From NCBI RefSeq assembly GCF_006345805.1, contig NC_043002.1, positions 77,252,001 to 77,316,000 of the forward strand: DNA of 64,000 bases. The letters are read 5' to 3'. This DNA comes from Octopus sinensis. Its lineage: Eukaryota. The notes below the pieces were generated by a model. That model searched no databases. It was not told the DNA's origin and was given only the letters and a program-made list of their open reading frames with translations. Both the position numbers and the translations under genes were made by a program. Shown piece after piece: positions 9,769-22,028 of the stretch; position 1 is the first letter of the stretch; each line of letters starts with the position of its first letter.

Positions 9769-10066
9769 GGCAAGTATCACCGCTAGCGGGACTTGCTACC
9801 CTGGACTGATGACGGGCAAGAGCCAGAAACATGCATGTCTTCAGGTTGCTAGTCCTAGCTGGTGGGGGTGCTTGCCTCCCCTTTGCAAATATAAGGACAC
9901 AGGAAATGTGTCAAAGCCGACAGGAAGCGTCGATGCTTCCTAGGGCTAAACAGCGGTGGTGTAATTCCCTCTATGGGACTGTCACGTTATGTTGACATTA
10001 TACAACCACTCTATCGTTCCACCACTGCTCATGTCTCTTCGAGACATTTAGAAATTCAATATTTCT
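9769..10066 (+). mobile_element. Hammerhead-containing structured insert (retrozyme-like or Penelope pseudo-LTR-like)
   Basis: A GC/CpG-rich island of ~300 bp in AT-rich DNA, flanked by the direct repeat AATAACAATTT (9758-9768 and 10067-10077). It contains a hammerhead core and at least five further hairpins. Confidence 0.65.
9789..9855 (+). ncRNA. Type I minimal hammerhead ribozyme motif (GUC cleavage triplet 9837-9839)
   Basis: CTGATGA 9806-9812; helix II GGC/GCC with AAGA loop and a non-canonical base (C9813/G9814 against A9825); GAAA 9826-9829; palindromic helix III ACATGCATGT 9829-9838; helix I CCTGGA/TTCAGG, extendable to ~16 bp (GGACTTGCTACCCTGGA / TTCAGGTTGCTAGTCC). Confidence 0.8.
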
Positions 10067-11267
10067 AATAACAATTTCATTATGGATGAAACTTACAACT
10101 CCTGATGTAGGTAACTAAAAACACCAATTGTGAAAAATGTGTTCATAGGGAGTGGTTGCTCTTCTCTCACCCCTATTAGCTATACCACTGGTGAGAGTGA
10201 AATAAAATATAGTAGGGATTTGAACTTACAAACCTGCCTTATGTAGAAATCTAATCTGTTTCATGTTTTGTTTGTTCGTCATAAGGGTTTGTTTAAGAGA
10301 TTGTGAAGGATATACAGCTTATTCTATTAAAGAAACAGGCAACAATTTTAGAAATTTATAAACAATAATTATATATAATTTATAAGGATTAATCTATTTA
10401 TTTATGTCTAATTATTAATTAACTATATATGATTTATAAATTAACAAGCCTGAAAAGTTGCCTGCTGAAAAACATGGCTGCTTACCTATTGTTATTAATA
10501 TACAATGCTAAACTACATTATGAATATTGCAAAAGGTCTGAATTTAGAAAACATATTGTCAATGCTTACAGAAGTAGAGGTTCCTTTGTTTGTTTTAATA
10601 AGATGAAAAAAAAACATGACATGTAAAGTTTCATTTACAACCGGGGGGGGGGGGGGAGATTTTACCAGAAATAATTTGTAACTATATATATATTGAAGCA
10701 AACTGAGCTCTTTCCTGAAGCACTTTTAACTGGAGATATGAACCCCTTTCTAAGAGGTCAATACTCCCACCAGTCACTCATTCACAATTTGTAACAGTAT
10801 CTGTACAGTAATAAATCTTACTATTTTTATTTCAACTACATGCAAGCTGTCCATTTTCTGCCATATCACTTATCAGCTCTGCAACCCATAACATTCGGGG
10901 ATTGGAATGTCAACAACTAGTTTGAACAGATCTATAGGTTATCTTGATAGCTGTTTTAACTAGCAACAGTATACCTTATCTGGTGGATAATCGTAAGAAG
11001 GATTGTATAAAACATAGAAATCAACTTCATACAATGCTGTTTAGTACTCTAAACCACATTTCAAAGATTTAATCAAATCCACGTCAATTATGATAAATAG
11101 GTGTCAAAAGGTGAATTATTGCAATGGTTATGGTTACTGTGTGCATGTATATAGGCTATGTGTGTGCATGTGTAGGTGTGTGAGATAGAGAGCTAGAGAA
11201 AGGTTTTGATTGGTATCATATTAAATTCACACAACTCAGAAGAAATACACACACACACACACACATA

Positions 11268-11687
11268 TACTTTTTACTCTTTTACTTGTTTCAGTCATTT
11301 AACTGTGGCCATGCTGGAGCACCACCTTTAGTCAAGCAAATCGACACCAGGACTTATTCTTTATAAGCCTAGTACTTATTCTATTGGTCTCTTTTGCCAA
11401 ACCACTAAGTTACGGGGACATAAGCACACCAGCATCGCTTGTCAAGCGTTGTTGGGGGGACAAGCACAGACAAAAACATATACACACATGTATACATATA
11501 TATATATATATATATATGTATATACGATGGGCTTCTTTCAGTTTCCATCTACCAAATCCACTCACAAGGCTTTGGTCGGCCCAAGGCTATAGTAGAAGAC
11601 ACTTGCCCAAGGTGCCATGCAGTAGGACTGAACCCAAAACCATGTGGTTGGTAAGCAAGCTACTTACCACACAGACACTCCTATGCC
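11268..11687 (-). mobile_element. SINE family A, full length
   Basis: Same head, CORE, microsatellite and tail organisation as 3449-3861. Confidence 0.85.
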
Positions 11688-12339
11688 TTGAATATGAAGT
11701 GCAATTTATTTGGGAAAAGAATAACATTTATGCATATATTGGCAAAAGCAAATGAGAAAGCAAAACACCTATCTAGGAGATATATAAATATGTGTGTGTG
11801 TGTGTGTGTGTGTGTGTATTTTTCTCCGTTTGTTCTAGAGCTCATAGATAGTAAAACTACTCAGTATAGAAGTTACTTAACAATTGTACGGAAGCAGACT
11901 AAATTATGAAAATTTACATAGATTTCTAAACATCACAGTAGCAGTTATACATCTACTTGTACACAAAATTTTGATTATACGTACATACATATGTATGTAT
12001 TGGAGCATTCGGTTTTGTTAGTAGATGCTTTAAGGAGAATGTAGATAAACTGGGATTTTCAGAAAGAGAAACTGACCTGCTGATCTATACATTACAAGTT
12101 CAATCTGTGAATAGAACAGTAAAAATATGCAAGACTTTTCTCAAGTTCCAAATGTGAATTTGTCTATGTTAACTACATCCCAAAGATGGAGTCTTGTATC
12201 TTTGTTGGAAACCAGCTCCCTCCTCAGTGGAAGATTAATAATAATTAAAAAATAGAAGAGATACATACATACATACATACATACATACATACATACATAC
12301 TTACATACATACATGCATGCATGCATGCATACATGTATG

Positions 12340-12530
12340 TATATGTGTGCATGTGTCTCTTTGTCTTGATTGCATGTGATAGTTGTAAGTGGTGTCCCTT
12401 GCTTCCAATCTTACATGAAAATATATGTGATCACAGAGAATATTACCATGCTTGGAAGCAGGTGCAAGTTTGTGAAAGGAGAGGCATCCAGCAGTAAAAA
12501 AATCTGCCTCAACAAATTTCATTTGACTTC
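12340..12530 (+). mobile_element. Decayed SINE 3' half with RTE-type tail
   Basis: TGTGTCTCTTTGTCTTGA...AATATTACCATGCTTGGAAGCAGGTG...GAGGCATCCAGCAGTAAAAAAATCTGCCTCAACAAATT; the same module occurs at 16930, 21000 and 25015. Confidence 0.65.
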
Positions 12531-14737
12531 TCACACCTATCTTGCAATATCATTCTAAAAATAAATAATCACATATCCAAAATCTTGAAGTTGCACAATA
12601 ATGCATGATTAATTCAAGACAATGAGCGAATAATAATAATTTAGTAAAGCAAAATGAATGCTAAAGGTTTAAGATATTAGCTTTGCAACCCTGTGAGCCA
12701 TTTCAATTCTCACTTGTGGTGTTTTAGATCAAAGTCTTTTTCTACAGCCTCAGATCAACCCTCTCTGTGAGTGTGTGTGAAATCGAACTGTATAGAATTC
12801 TATATGATGGGTTGTATCTGTGATTCAAGATTACACCCTTGTCACACACTGCGTCAGGCTCATTCTGTTTAAAGACTTATGATATCACACATGTCTGTGG
12901 AATACTCAGCTAGCTATGTGCTAATTCAATGCGTAGGTAATTCAGTTGATCAAACAGCTGAATCCTTATTGTCATAACTGATAGAGATCCATTCATTCAG
13001 TTCTTCTCAGACTTTCTGCGGATAATCTGATTTGTGTCAGAGCCATGACTCTTAGTGATTTCTTTTTAAATTATTATAGATGGAACATACAACAGTTACT
13101 ACCTTATTGGTTCCAGCTTGCAAATACATAACCATAGTTGAGCACTGCTGTTAATAATGTTTGAATTTGGCAAATTGTTTTTTTGCTTTATCTTCATTTT
13201 GCTGTTGTACAATTTATTAATTGTTGAGATACACCTTGGCCTTTATATTCTTCATCATTAGAATTATTAAATAGTTTCTTTTTTTATATTAAAACAATTC
13301 AGTTAGTTTGCCTCACTTCCATAAGATATAACAGTTTTCTTTATGGAGCTGATTCAATGAGAAATGCTTCACAGCAGCCTCTTATCCTACTAAAAGCAAC
13401 AGCTAAATCTACCTGAAATCCTACCCCAACCATCTTTAGGGGAAATGAACACATTAAACAGTGCTATCCTGGATGTACTATGCCAAGATAGAAGACAGGA
13501 TGATTATGACTTGAAGACCAATCAAACTTAATGCTTAAAAAAATGAAGGACATATTGATAATGTAGTCCTATGCCTGATTAAAAAAAAAGAAGAAAAAAA
13601 CTGTTTGTTCAATCAGTATTAGCCAGGGGCTAAACAAGCACAACATAACACACTACCAAACAACATACCAGTCTACACCAATGAGAATACCACAAATTTT
13701 GGAACAATAATCAATCATTAAAGAAATGCACTTAGTAAAAAAAATCAATATTCTTTAGAGATCAATTTATTTTCATAGATTTTATTTTATTTTTCAAATC
13801 TCTGTATTTTTGTGTAAGAAATATTTATGCATTTTAATTCAGAATATATTTTTTGACTTCACAAAAGTTATGTAGTTTCTTTCTTAATTCAGTCTCAACA
13901 CATGTGATAATGTGAAGCCTTGATTTTTTTCTATATTAACGAAGAATATTATTCAAATAAACCAGCATGGGCCACATCAACCAGTAAAAGAGTTTTAAAA
14001 ACTTTATCCCAAGAACATGATTAGCAAAGTTGGAAAGCTACTTCATAAAATATAACAGCTTCAAAATTACGATAAAAAATATTTTTATTATATGTAATGA
14101 AAATCACAAGAAACTGAATGTGAAAATACAAGTTTTCTTATACTTCATTTTAGTTAAGCAATAATGTATGTTCTAAAAGAGAATACTTGACATTGTCAAT
14201 TACTTTTCCACATTCAGCTCCCTAAAAATAGTATTTTGGTTTTCTAAGGTGTTAGGTTTCCTATTATTATCATTGAATGCAATGCCTCTTACAACAGGGT
14301 TCTTTTCTTGTATTTCTTCCTCTGTTAAGTGTTTACCTTTCAAGATTACTTATATGGAGATAGGTTGAGAGAGAGAGAGAGCGAACAAGGGGGCTTCAAA
14401 GCTGTTTTGTCTGAGTTACAAACAAAATAATCTCACAACAGTTTTTCACAGTCAAGTACATCATTAACTAAGGTAAATCTTCTAGACTCTTCTTGCAATT
14501 TACATTCACCCACACATTTCACAACCTTCCTAAAAGTATTTCCTTTTACCAATATACAATTATATTTCACTCTTACAAACTCCACATGTGGGAGGGAAAA
14601 AAAGAATGAAAGAAAAAAGCCATACCCTTAGCTTTATACTTTCCTAAGTTAAAAAATAACAGGATTTTCTTCAGCTACATAGGACCAGGCTTGATGTCTG
14701 TCACATGTAAAAGCTATTTGTTCATTTGTTATTTAAG

Positions 14738-14797
14738 TGATCTCTATGAAAAGTAACCAATCCATCAACTCCTCTTTGTTATGGGTCACAACACACA
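14738..14797 (+). other. Weak candidate 60-nt phase-1/phase-1 cassette exon (VISMKSNQSINSSLLWVTTH)
   Basis: Acceptor TTCATTTGTTATTTAAG| and donor ACA|GTAAGC. The frame is open and compatible with the phase-1 donor at 7150. Could be chance. Confidence 0.2.
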
Positions 14798-15906
14798 GTA
14801 AGCACTAGACTTGGTTGTACCCAATAAGCTTTAACCTTACACACAACAGTATCAGTTTATAAATACATAATTCTAACTTACCCGTGTAGTATTCCCCTCA
14901 ACTTATTTATAAGTTTAATATGAAAGGAGTTTGTAAGTTATAACATTAAATTTGTTTTAAAAAAAGATGCAAATACAGGACATGAAAAATCATATCAAAT
15001 ATTTTTTATCTGTATTCTTTGATTAGTTTCCTGTGTTTCATAAAACAGTCCTTTCTGTGTGAAAGAGGGGTTGTAGGTGTATATATTTGTGTGCATGTGT
15101 ATTCACGTACATGCATACATAGATACATGCAGCTCATTACATACATATATACATACATATCTACACACACACACAGAGACAAACACACACACAAACACAT
15201 GTACATATGTGCCAATCTTTGTCAAAAGCAGCACTGTATATTATGACAACAGATATCAATCGCATGCTTAAGTTGCTCATTTTTACTGTCTATATATATT
15301 TTCATAAATCTTTGTTTTTGACTTTGAAAGCGAGGTGTGATAACTATTAGTTGGACACAGAAGAAAAACATTTCCAGTAGGATCACCTTGAATATCAAAA
15401 ATGCATGCGTATGAGTGGGTGTGTATGTGATGGGGTGATGGTGAAGGCTAGAGAGAGAACTAATCAAATTTTAGCGTTTTCAGATAAAACCAACTTGTCA
15501 CTTAGTCCTCAGTACCTATCCACATAAACAGTTATTTTGTCAATTTATGTAACATTGTTTTTATTGGCTGACAAGTCAGAAAAAACAAAAGTTCATGTTA
15601 TGAAAGCTTCAAATTTATGCTACTAACAACAAATTTTTAGAGGCCATTCACAGCAACTGGTTATTGGTTAATGACTATAATTGCTTATTTTGAACTAAAA
15701 ATAATTACTTAGTTTTTAATTATATTGAAATGTTATATAACTAATAACATTTCAAGCAAGAATTAAGTGAATGGTGTTTCAATTCTTGTTTATATATAAG
15801 GTGACACGTGGTTGAGAGGTTTACCTCAGATTCAGTCCCACTGTGGGGCCAGCCAAAGCCTTGTGGATGGATTCAATAGAGAGAAACTGAAAGAAACCCA
15901 TCATAT

Positions 15907-15954
<48 letters not shown>

Positions 15955-15956
<2 letters not shown>

Positions 15957-16111
15957 TGCAGGCGTGGCTGTGTGGTTAGAAACTTGCTTCCCAAATACAT
16001 GGTTCCAGGTTCAGTCCCACTGCATGGCACCTTGGGCAAATGTCTTCTACTACAGCCTCGGGCCAACCAAAGTCTTGTGGGTGGATCTGGTAGTTAGAAA
16101 CTAAAAAAGGT

Positions 16112-16161
<50 letters not shown>

Positions 16162-16372
16162 ATGTATATACGTATATATATATGTATGTATGTATGTGTG
16201 TGTGTGTGTGATTTTTTGCCTGTGTTTGTCCTCCTACCATCGCTTGACAACTATTGTTGGTGTGTTTATGTCAAGAGACCATTAGAATAAGTACTAGGTT
16301 TATGAGGAATAAGTCCTGGGATCAGTTTCTTCTGTGCTCCAACATGGCCACAGTCAAATGACTAAAACAAGA
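15955..16372 (+). mobile_element. SINE family A (preceded at ~15795-15905 by an internally deleted head in the same orientation)
   Basis: GGTGCAGGCGTGGCTGTGTGGTTAG head through the CAGTCAAATGACT tail. Confidence 0.8.
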
Positions 16373-16655
16373 ATTCATTAGAATTTAGGTATATAAACAA
16401 GTAGGATGAGCAATTTGGAAATAAGTAGATTTGGACTAGTTGCCCTTCGTCTTTCTGACCCACTGTCCCAATAAATTCAATTGTACTTTCTCAAAATTTC
16501 ACTTGTTCCACCACGGTTGTTGGCAAACTGGTCACCTTCCATTTTTGCCTTACCTGATGATGGCAGATTTTTGCTATGATGTAGTCTAAAAACGCATCAA
16601 TAAAATGCAACCTTAATTGTGTTCTTCTTTTATACATACGTATATATGCATGTGT

Positions 16656-17190
16656 GGAGGCGTGTGGCTTAGTGGTTAGGGTGTAAGCATCATGATCATA
16701 AGATTGTGGTTTTGATTCCCGGATCAGGCGACACGTTGTGCTCTTGAGCAAAACACTTCATTTGACGTTGCTCCAGTCCACTCAGCTGGCAAAAACGAGT
16801 AATGCTGCGATGGACTGGCGTCTAGCTGGGGAATACGTACACCATTGAAACCAGGAAACCAGGCCCATGAGCCTGGCTAGGCTTTAAAAGGATGCATTTA
16901 TTTTATTTTATATATGCATGTATATACTGCATGTGTGCAAGTGTGTGTGTTTGTGTCCCTTTGTCTTGACATTGTATGATAGTTCTGAGTGTCACTGTCA
17001 TACAAGCAGTGTCATTCATCTCCAATATTCTGTGAAAACATATCTAGCCAGGTGGCAATATTACCTTGGTTGGAATCAAGTGAAGCTGGAATCAGAATTG
17101 GCATCTGGCTGTAAAAAATTCCCTAAATAAACTCTGTCCAGTCCATACAAACATGGAGAAGTGAATGTTAAAGCAATGATGAAATGATGA
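16656..17190 (+). mobile_element. tRNA-derived SINE, family D, followed by an RTE-tail module
   Basis: A box TGGCTTAGTGG, B box GGTTTTGATTCCC, CORE-like GTGCTCTTGAGCAAAACACTTCA. A 3' module ending in (ATG)n follows at ~16930-17190. Confidence 0.75.
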
Positions 17191-18226
17191 TATAAATGAA
17201 AATTCACTCATCTGTGAAGTATCTGTTTAGTAAGTAAGTAAAGCATTTATCTCAAAGACAAGACAGCACAAACCATAAAGCTGTTAACAATAATTTATTC
17301 TTTCTTCTACAAATCTGATTAATACTAATAATAGTGTAATAGTTGCAGACAATATGTTGTGTCATGTGAATAAGTGAAGAACAATATTTATTGCTGTTGA
17401 GATGGCCATTTTATTTATATGATTATTATGCAGCCTATTCTCATAAATCTCTTAGTCCAACAGGTGAAAACAATAGGCTGAGGACTTGTAGCAAATTATG
17501 GATTAAGTTTCAAATCTTGACTTAGACATTTGGTAGCTGTTTGCTATGATAGTAGTGATGATGATGGTGTTGATGTTGATACTGCTACAGCTTTTACTAC
17601 TAAAGTTAACATTTCTTCTTTGTACTATGCACAACTAGTCAATACCCATGAGAAACTATGGCTTGATAACATTGTTTTAGGTTCCTATGTAATCACAAGC
17701 AGACATAGACACTCTCCGGGGTAGGGGAAGGCTTCACTATTGACCCAACAGAACATTGAGGATGTGACAGAGAGAAAGAGGGTGGGGAGAAGGCCACACC
17801 AACACCCAGCTGGTACTCATCACAGCTGAGTAGACTGAAGAGAGAAAACAGACATCATTGACTAAAAGGAAATACATTAATTCATATGAAGTGAACAGAT
17901 ACAGGAAGTATTTTGCTTGTCAGGTAAAGAACAGTACCACCATGACTGCAAGTTCAAATATAATTGTCTTCTTTTTTTTCTCCCTTCAAATATTTTAAGA
18001 AGGAAACAATTCTGAGAATAAACAAAGTGAAGAAGGTTGTTGAAAGAACATAAGTTGATTAATGTGTGGCTTTCTCTTGTGGGTTTCTAATTATATAGAA
18101 AAAAAACTTATAGAAAGGAAGGGCTCTGAATATGGATTATTTACAGGTAATATATAAAATATACACTACACAAGTTCTCTAGTTGTTTGTTATGTATGAA
18201 CCAAACAGAAATAATTCATGTAGTAA

Positions 18227-18262
<36 letters not shown>

Positions 18263-18269
<7 letters not shown>

Positions 18270-19209
18270 GAAAGAAGTAAATAGACACCCTTATAATCAT
18301 TAAAATTTATTTAAATCTGAAATTATACATTCAAATTATTTGTTAGTTGTTATGTGAACATTTAATATTTAGTAGACATGCTCTTTGCATTTTTCAAAAG
18401 TTTGGAAGGAGTCCTTTCTGCAATATGGACACATATTTATTTGAGTCTATCTTTCCCTCACATTCCACCAGCTCTGATCAACTATTGCTCCAAATTGTTT
18501 CCCAGACCATCACAGAATAGCTGCTGTGTTTCATTGCTGGTTGCAATCTTTTCACATCAAATTCTTGATCACAGAGTCTCCAGACCCACACTCAACCACT
18601 GTTAGGAAATACAGCAAATCTGGATTCATCAGAGAATATGACAGTGTCCCAAAATGCTAATGGCTTCTCCACCATCTCACTGGCCCAATCTTTTCTCCAC
18701 TTCATATTGGCTGGTCAAAGATGTGGCTTTCTTCTTCCTGCTCTGCCATAGTAACCAAGTTTGTGGAGATACCTGACAGCTGTTCTGGGACTGACATCAA
18801 CTTGCTCTGCTTTGTCAGAGGTCTTGCAACGAGGATTATCTTCCACACTTCTCTTAGCAAAGAGAAGGGTCCTGTCAGAGGGCCCTGGTTGATCTGGACA
18901 AGGTGGTGTGGACACCTTCTCCTCTCTGGTGAATTGCGCAATCACTCTTATTAACTGTAGAAAGCAGGATCCCAAGGTTTTCTGCGACTTTACGCTGACT
19001 ATATCCACTTTCAGAATGACCCACAATACAGCCTCTTTGAAATTCAGACAGTTCCAAGGGTTTTTTTTTTTGTACATGGTATGATTAAACAGTCACATAT
19101 AGAATCTGAAACCTTAAAATGTCAATTAATAAGAAATATAAACCTTTACAAGTTAGAATAAACAGAAAACGATGTTTTATGGGGTGTCTATTTACTTCTA
19201 ACATGTGTG
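18263..19209 (-). mobile_element. Internally deleted, frameshifted Tc1-family transposon
   Basis: ~28-bp TIRs (CACATG..AGAAGTAAATAGACACCC). The minus strand encodes MELSEFQRGCIVG...RKVAENLG (paired-like HTH), GRAGRRKPHL, FWDTVIFSDESRF (first catalytic D, ~18620-18640) and SVMVWG, with stops and frameshifts. Confidence 0.9.
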
Positions 19210-19639
19210 TGTGTGTGTGTGTGTATATATACATGCAGAGCTAGCAAGAGAACTTCTTTTATATAGTCATTTGATCTGCTAAGACTAACAGCTACATCTT
19301 AACACACCCTGAGTAACAGTAGTAGTTGGGATGATATAGTGTGTGAGTGTGTGTGTGAGTATTTATCCCCCACCCTTGCTTGACAACTGGTATTGGTATG
19401 TTTACATCCTATAAACTGGAAGTTTCAGTCGTTAGACTGTGGCCATGCGGGGGCATTGCCGTGAATTTTAGTCAACTGAATCAATCCCAGTACTTCTTTT
19501 TTAAGCCTGGTTTTCATTCTATCAGTTTATTTTGCCAAACCACTAAGTTACAGTAACATAAACACACCAAGTAATGATAGGAGACTAACACAGGCACACA
19601 CATATGATAGGCTTCTTTCAGTTTCATATACATACATAC

Positions 19640-19712
<73 letters not shown>

Positions 19713-19715
<3 letters not shown>

Positions 19716-19752
19716 GTGACTTAATCCTCCCAATGGCCTACTTTGTTATATA

Positions 19753-19806
<54 letters not shown>

Positions 19807-19830
19807 TCACTGGAGAGATTAAGTCACCAT
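19713..19830. repeat. Small fold-back element: 28-bp imperfect inverted repeats around a (TA)n core
   Basis: AGGGTGACTTAATCCTCCCAATGGCCTA (19713-19740) is the near reverse complement of TAGGTCACTGGAGAGATTAAGTCACCAT (19803-19830). Confidence 0.75.
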
Positions 19831-19898
19831 CTATGTTATTTCTATATACACACACATTACAAGGAAGATAAAATCACCACCTATTGTTATTATTATTA

Positions 19899-19940
<42 letters not shown>

Positions 19941-20482
19941 GCATCATCATCGTCGCCATGAAATATTCTTTTCACAGAAGACAGAATAACAAAGCAGAGA
20001 TGAACCCATCAATCTAGTATAATGACACTCAATTAGTATTATTAGCTATTTAATCTAAAACACATCAGTGTAACAAGAATAGTCTGAATGAATTAAAATA
20101 TACATCCTCAAGTAGATTTATCAACAGAATTAATCTTCTTAAACCACATCATTTAAATATGTCATACATATGGCTGGAATTTAATGATGTTTGCTGTGAG
20201 TAAATTGGTCAAATAGTTTATTTTAGTCATCACATGATAATCAAGATTCTCTCTCTCTCTCTCTCTGTATAACAAATGATTGATTAAGGGATTAATAAGG
20301 CATAGATTTCATACCTTGTTGGGTGTTCATATTTGCCCTCGTTTTACCTCAAGATCAAGAGTACTTTGAATAATTCAATTGACTGACTGAATCGTTGTCA
20401 TCCATACATACAGGCTTGTCCTTTACCGATGTCAGTGTCACATAAAATGCACTCATAATGGTGCTGCATTAACACACCCATA

Positions 20483-20677
20483 CTGGTGGCACATAAAAAA
20501 AGCACCCAGTGCACTCCGTAAAGTGGTTGGCATTAGGAAGGGTGTCCAGCCATAGAAACCATACCACAACAGAAAATTGGAGTCTGGACAGCTCCCCAGT
20601 TGGCCAGCCCCATGTCAAACCGTCCAACCCATACCAGCATGGAAAACGGACATTAGATAATGAGGATGATGATGATT
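20483..20677 (+). mobile_element. RTE-like LINE 3' end
   Basis: GGCACATAAAAAAAGCACCCAG...GGTTGGCATTAGGAAGGGTGTCCAGC...CAGCATGGAAAACGGAC...GATGATGAT. Confidence 0.75.
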
Positions 20678-20740
20678 TTGAGGTGAGATTCTATAAACTC
20701 CCCATAAACTTTATTTAGGGATTTAAAAATATATATATAT

Positions 20741-21290
20741 AGGCGCAGGAGTGGCTGTGTGGTAAGTAGCTCGCTTACCAACCACATGGTTCCAGGTTCA
20801 ATCCCACTGCGTGGCGCCTTGGGCAAGTGTCTTCTTCTATAGCCTCGGGCTCACCAAAACCTTGTGAGTGGATTTTGGTAAACGGAAACTGAAAGATGGA
20901 ATTTGTTTAGGTAGATTTTCTATGGCCAGATGCCCTTTCTGTTTCCAACCCTTATCTGCTTCCAAGTAAGGTAATATTTTCCTTGGCCAGATATGTGTGT
21001 GTGTGTGTTTACTCTTGTATAGATAGCATATTTTGGTTATAATTGATGGTCATTGTCATACAAGCAATGTTGTTTGTTTACATTCTTCCAAGAAAAAAAA
21101 TGTCTTGTTAAGAGAAAATATTACCTGAGTCAGAAATAGGTGAAGATTTTAACAAGAACGGTGTCCAGCCGTAGAAAATCTACCTCAACAAATTCTGTCT
21201 AACCCATGCAAGCATGGAAAAGTGTTTGTTAAATTCTTTATTCTTTTACACATTTCAGTCCTGCTAGAACAGTATGATGATGCTGATGAT
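20741..21290. mobile_element. SINE cluster: family A head (+, 20741-20898), RTE-tail module (-, ~20900-21000), RTE-tail module (+, ~21000-21290)
   Basis: Each module is recognised by similarity to other copies in the window; the two tail modules face opposite ways. Confidence 0.7.
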
Positions 21291-21791
21291 ATAATCTGAT
21301 GTTAGAGAGAATAAGGAGATGAGAACTAACTAGAATTCAAAATAAATTTTCAAATAATGCCAAAGAGAACAGTGTAAATAGATATTTTGGAGCCACAGTC
21401 TAAGAATGGTGACATATTTTCATACAATTTGTAAAGATTGTTATAAGGAAGAGAAGAATGGAGTATAGGATATCCTTTAATAAAATTTTAAATAGATTTG
21501 TTTCTTTGTTAGTGTGCAGAAGAAAAATGCCACTAACCCAAGGCTCTCATTTAGAATCTCTTAGGTGTGTTGGGGATATTTGGGTAAAGTTGGGGGAAGG
21601 CTATTGTTTATAGAGAAGTTGCTAATGCAATTCATGTGTATATTTATGTATATGAATCTTTGAAACCAATGCATTATATACACTAAAACTTTTCAGAAGT
21701 TAATTCTGTAATGTGGCTACTAATTATGAACAATATATGAAGAGTATTGAAAAATGTAGAAGCACACATTTTGTAATGCAGTTCTTGTTAA

Positions 21792-22011
21792 CCCTTTAGC
21801 ATTCAGATTATTCTGCAAAATGTAACGGTTATCTATTTACATTGTTTTTTAATTAATTGTGCATTATCTAATAGCTTTGAAATTTCGATGATGTTATTCA
21901 GTAGTTCAGAATGACATTGTAGGGTAGGTGTGAGAGATGTGATCTGGCTGATTTGAGTGGGAAACAGGTAGACTATTTCGGCCAGATACAGTCAGTTTAA
22001 ATGCTAAAGGG
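21792..22011. mobile_element. piggyBac-type MITE (220 bp)
   Basis: TTAA target duplications (21788-21791, 22012-22015) and perfect 12-bp TIRs CCCTTTAGCATT/AATGCTAAAGGG. Confidence 0.9.
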
Positions 22012-22028
22012 TTAAATTATTTATCTTT

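Noticed and set aside
9860-10050. Search for a second ribozyme (HDV-like, twister, pistol), a minus-strand hammerhead, or 7SL/RNase P/MRP/telomerase signatures in the structured insert
   Set aside because: I could not fit the required pseudoknots or conserved boxes by eye; an Infernal search would be needed to exclude them formally.
16550-16590. CTGATGA followed by a 6-bp stem (TGGCAG/TTGCTA) and a GTC
   Set aside because: The essential GAAA is replaced by TGAT and there is no helix I or III, so it is not a hammerhead.
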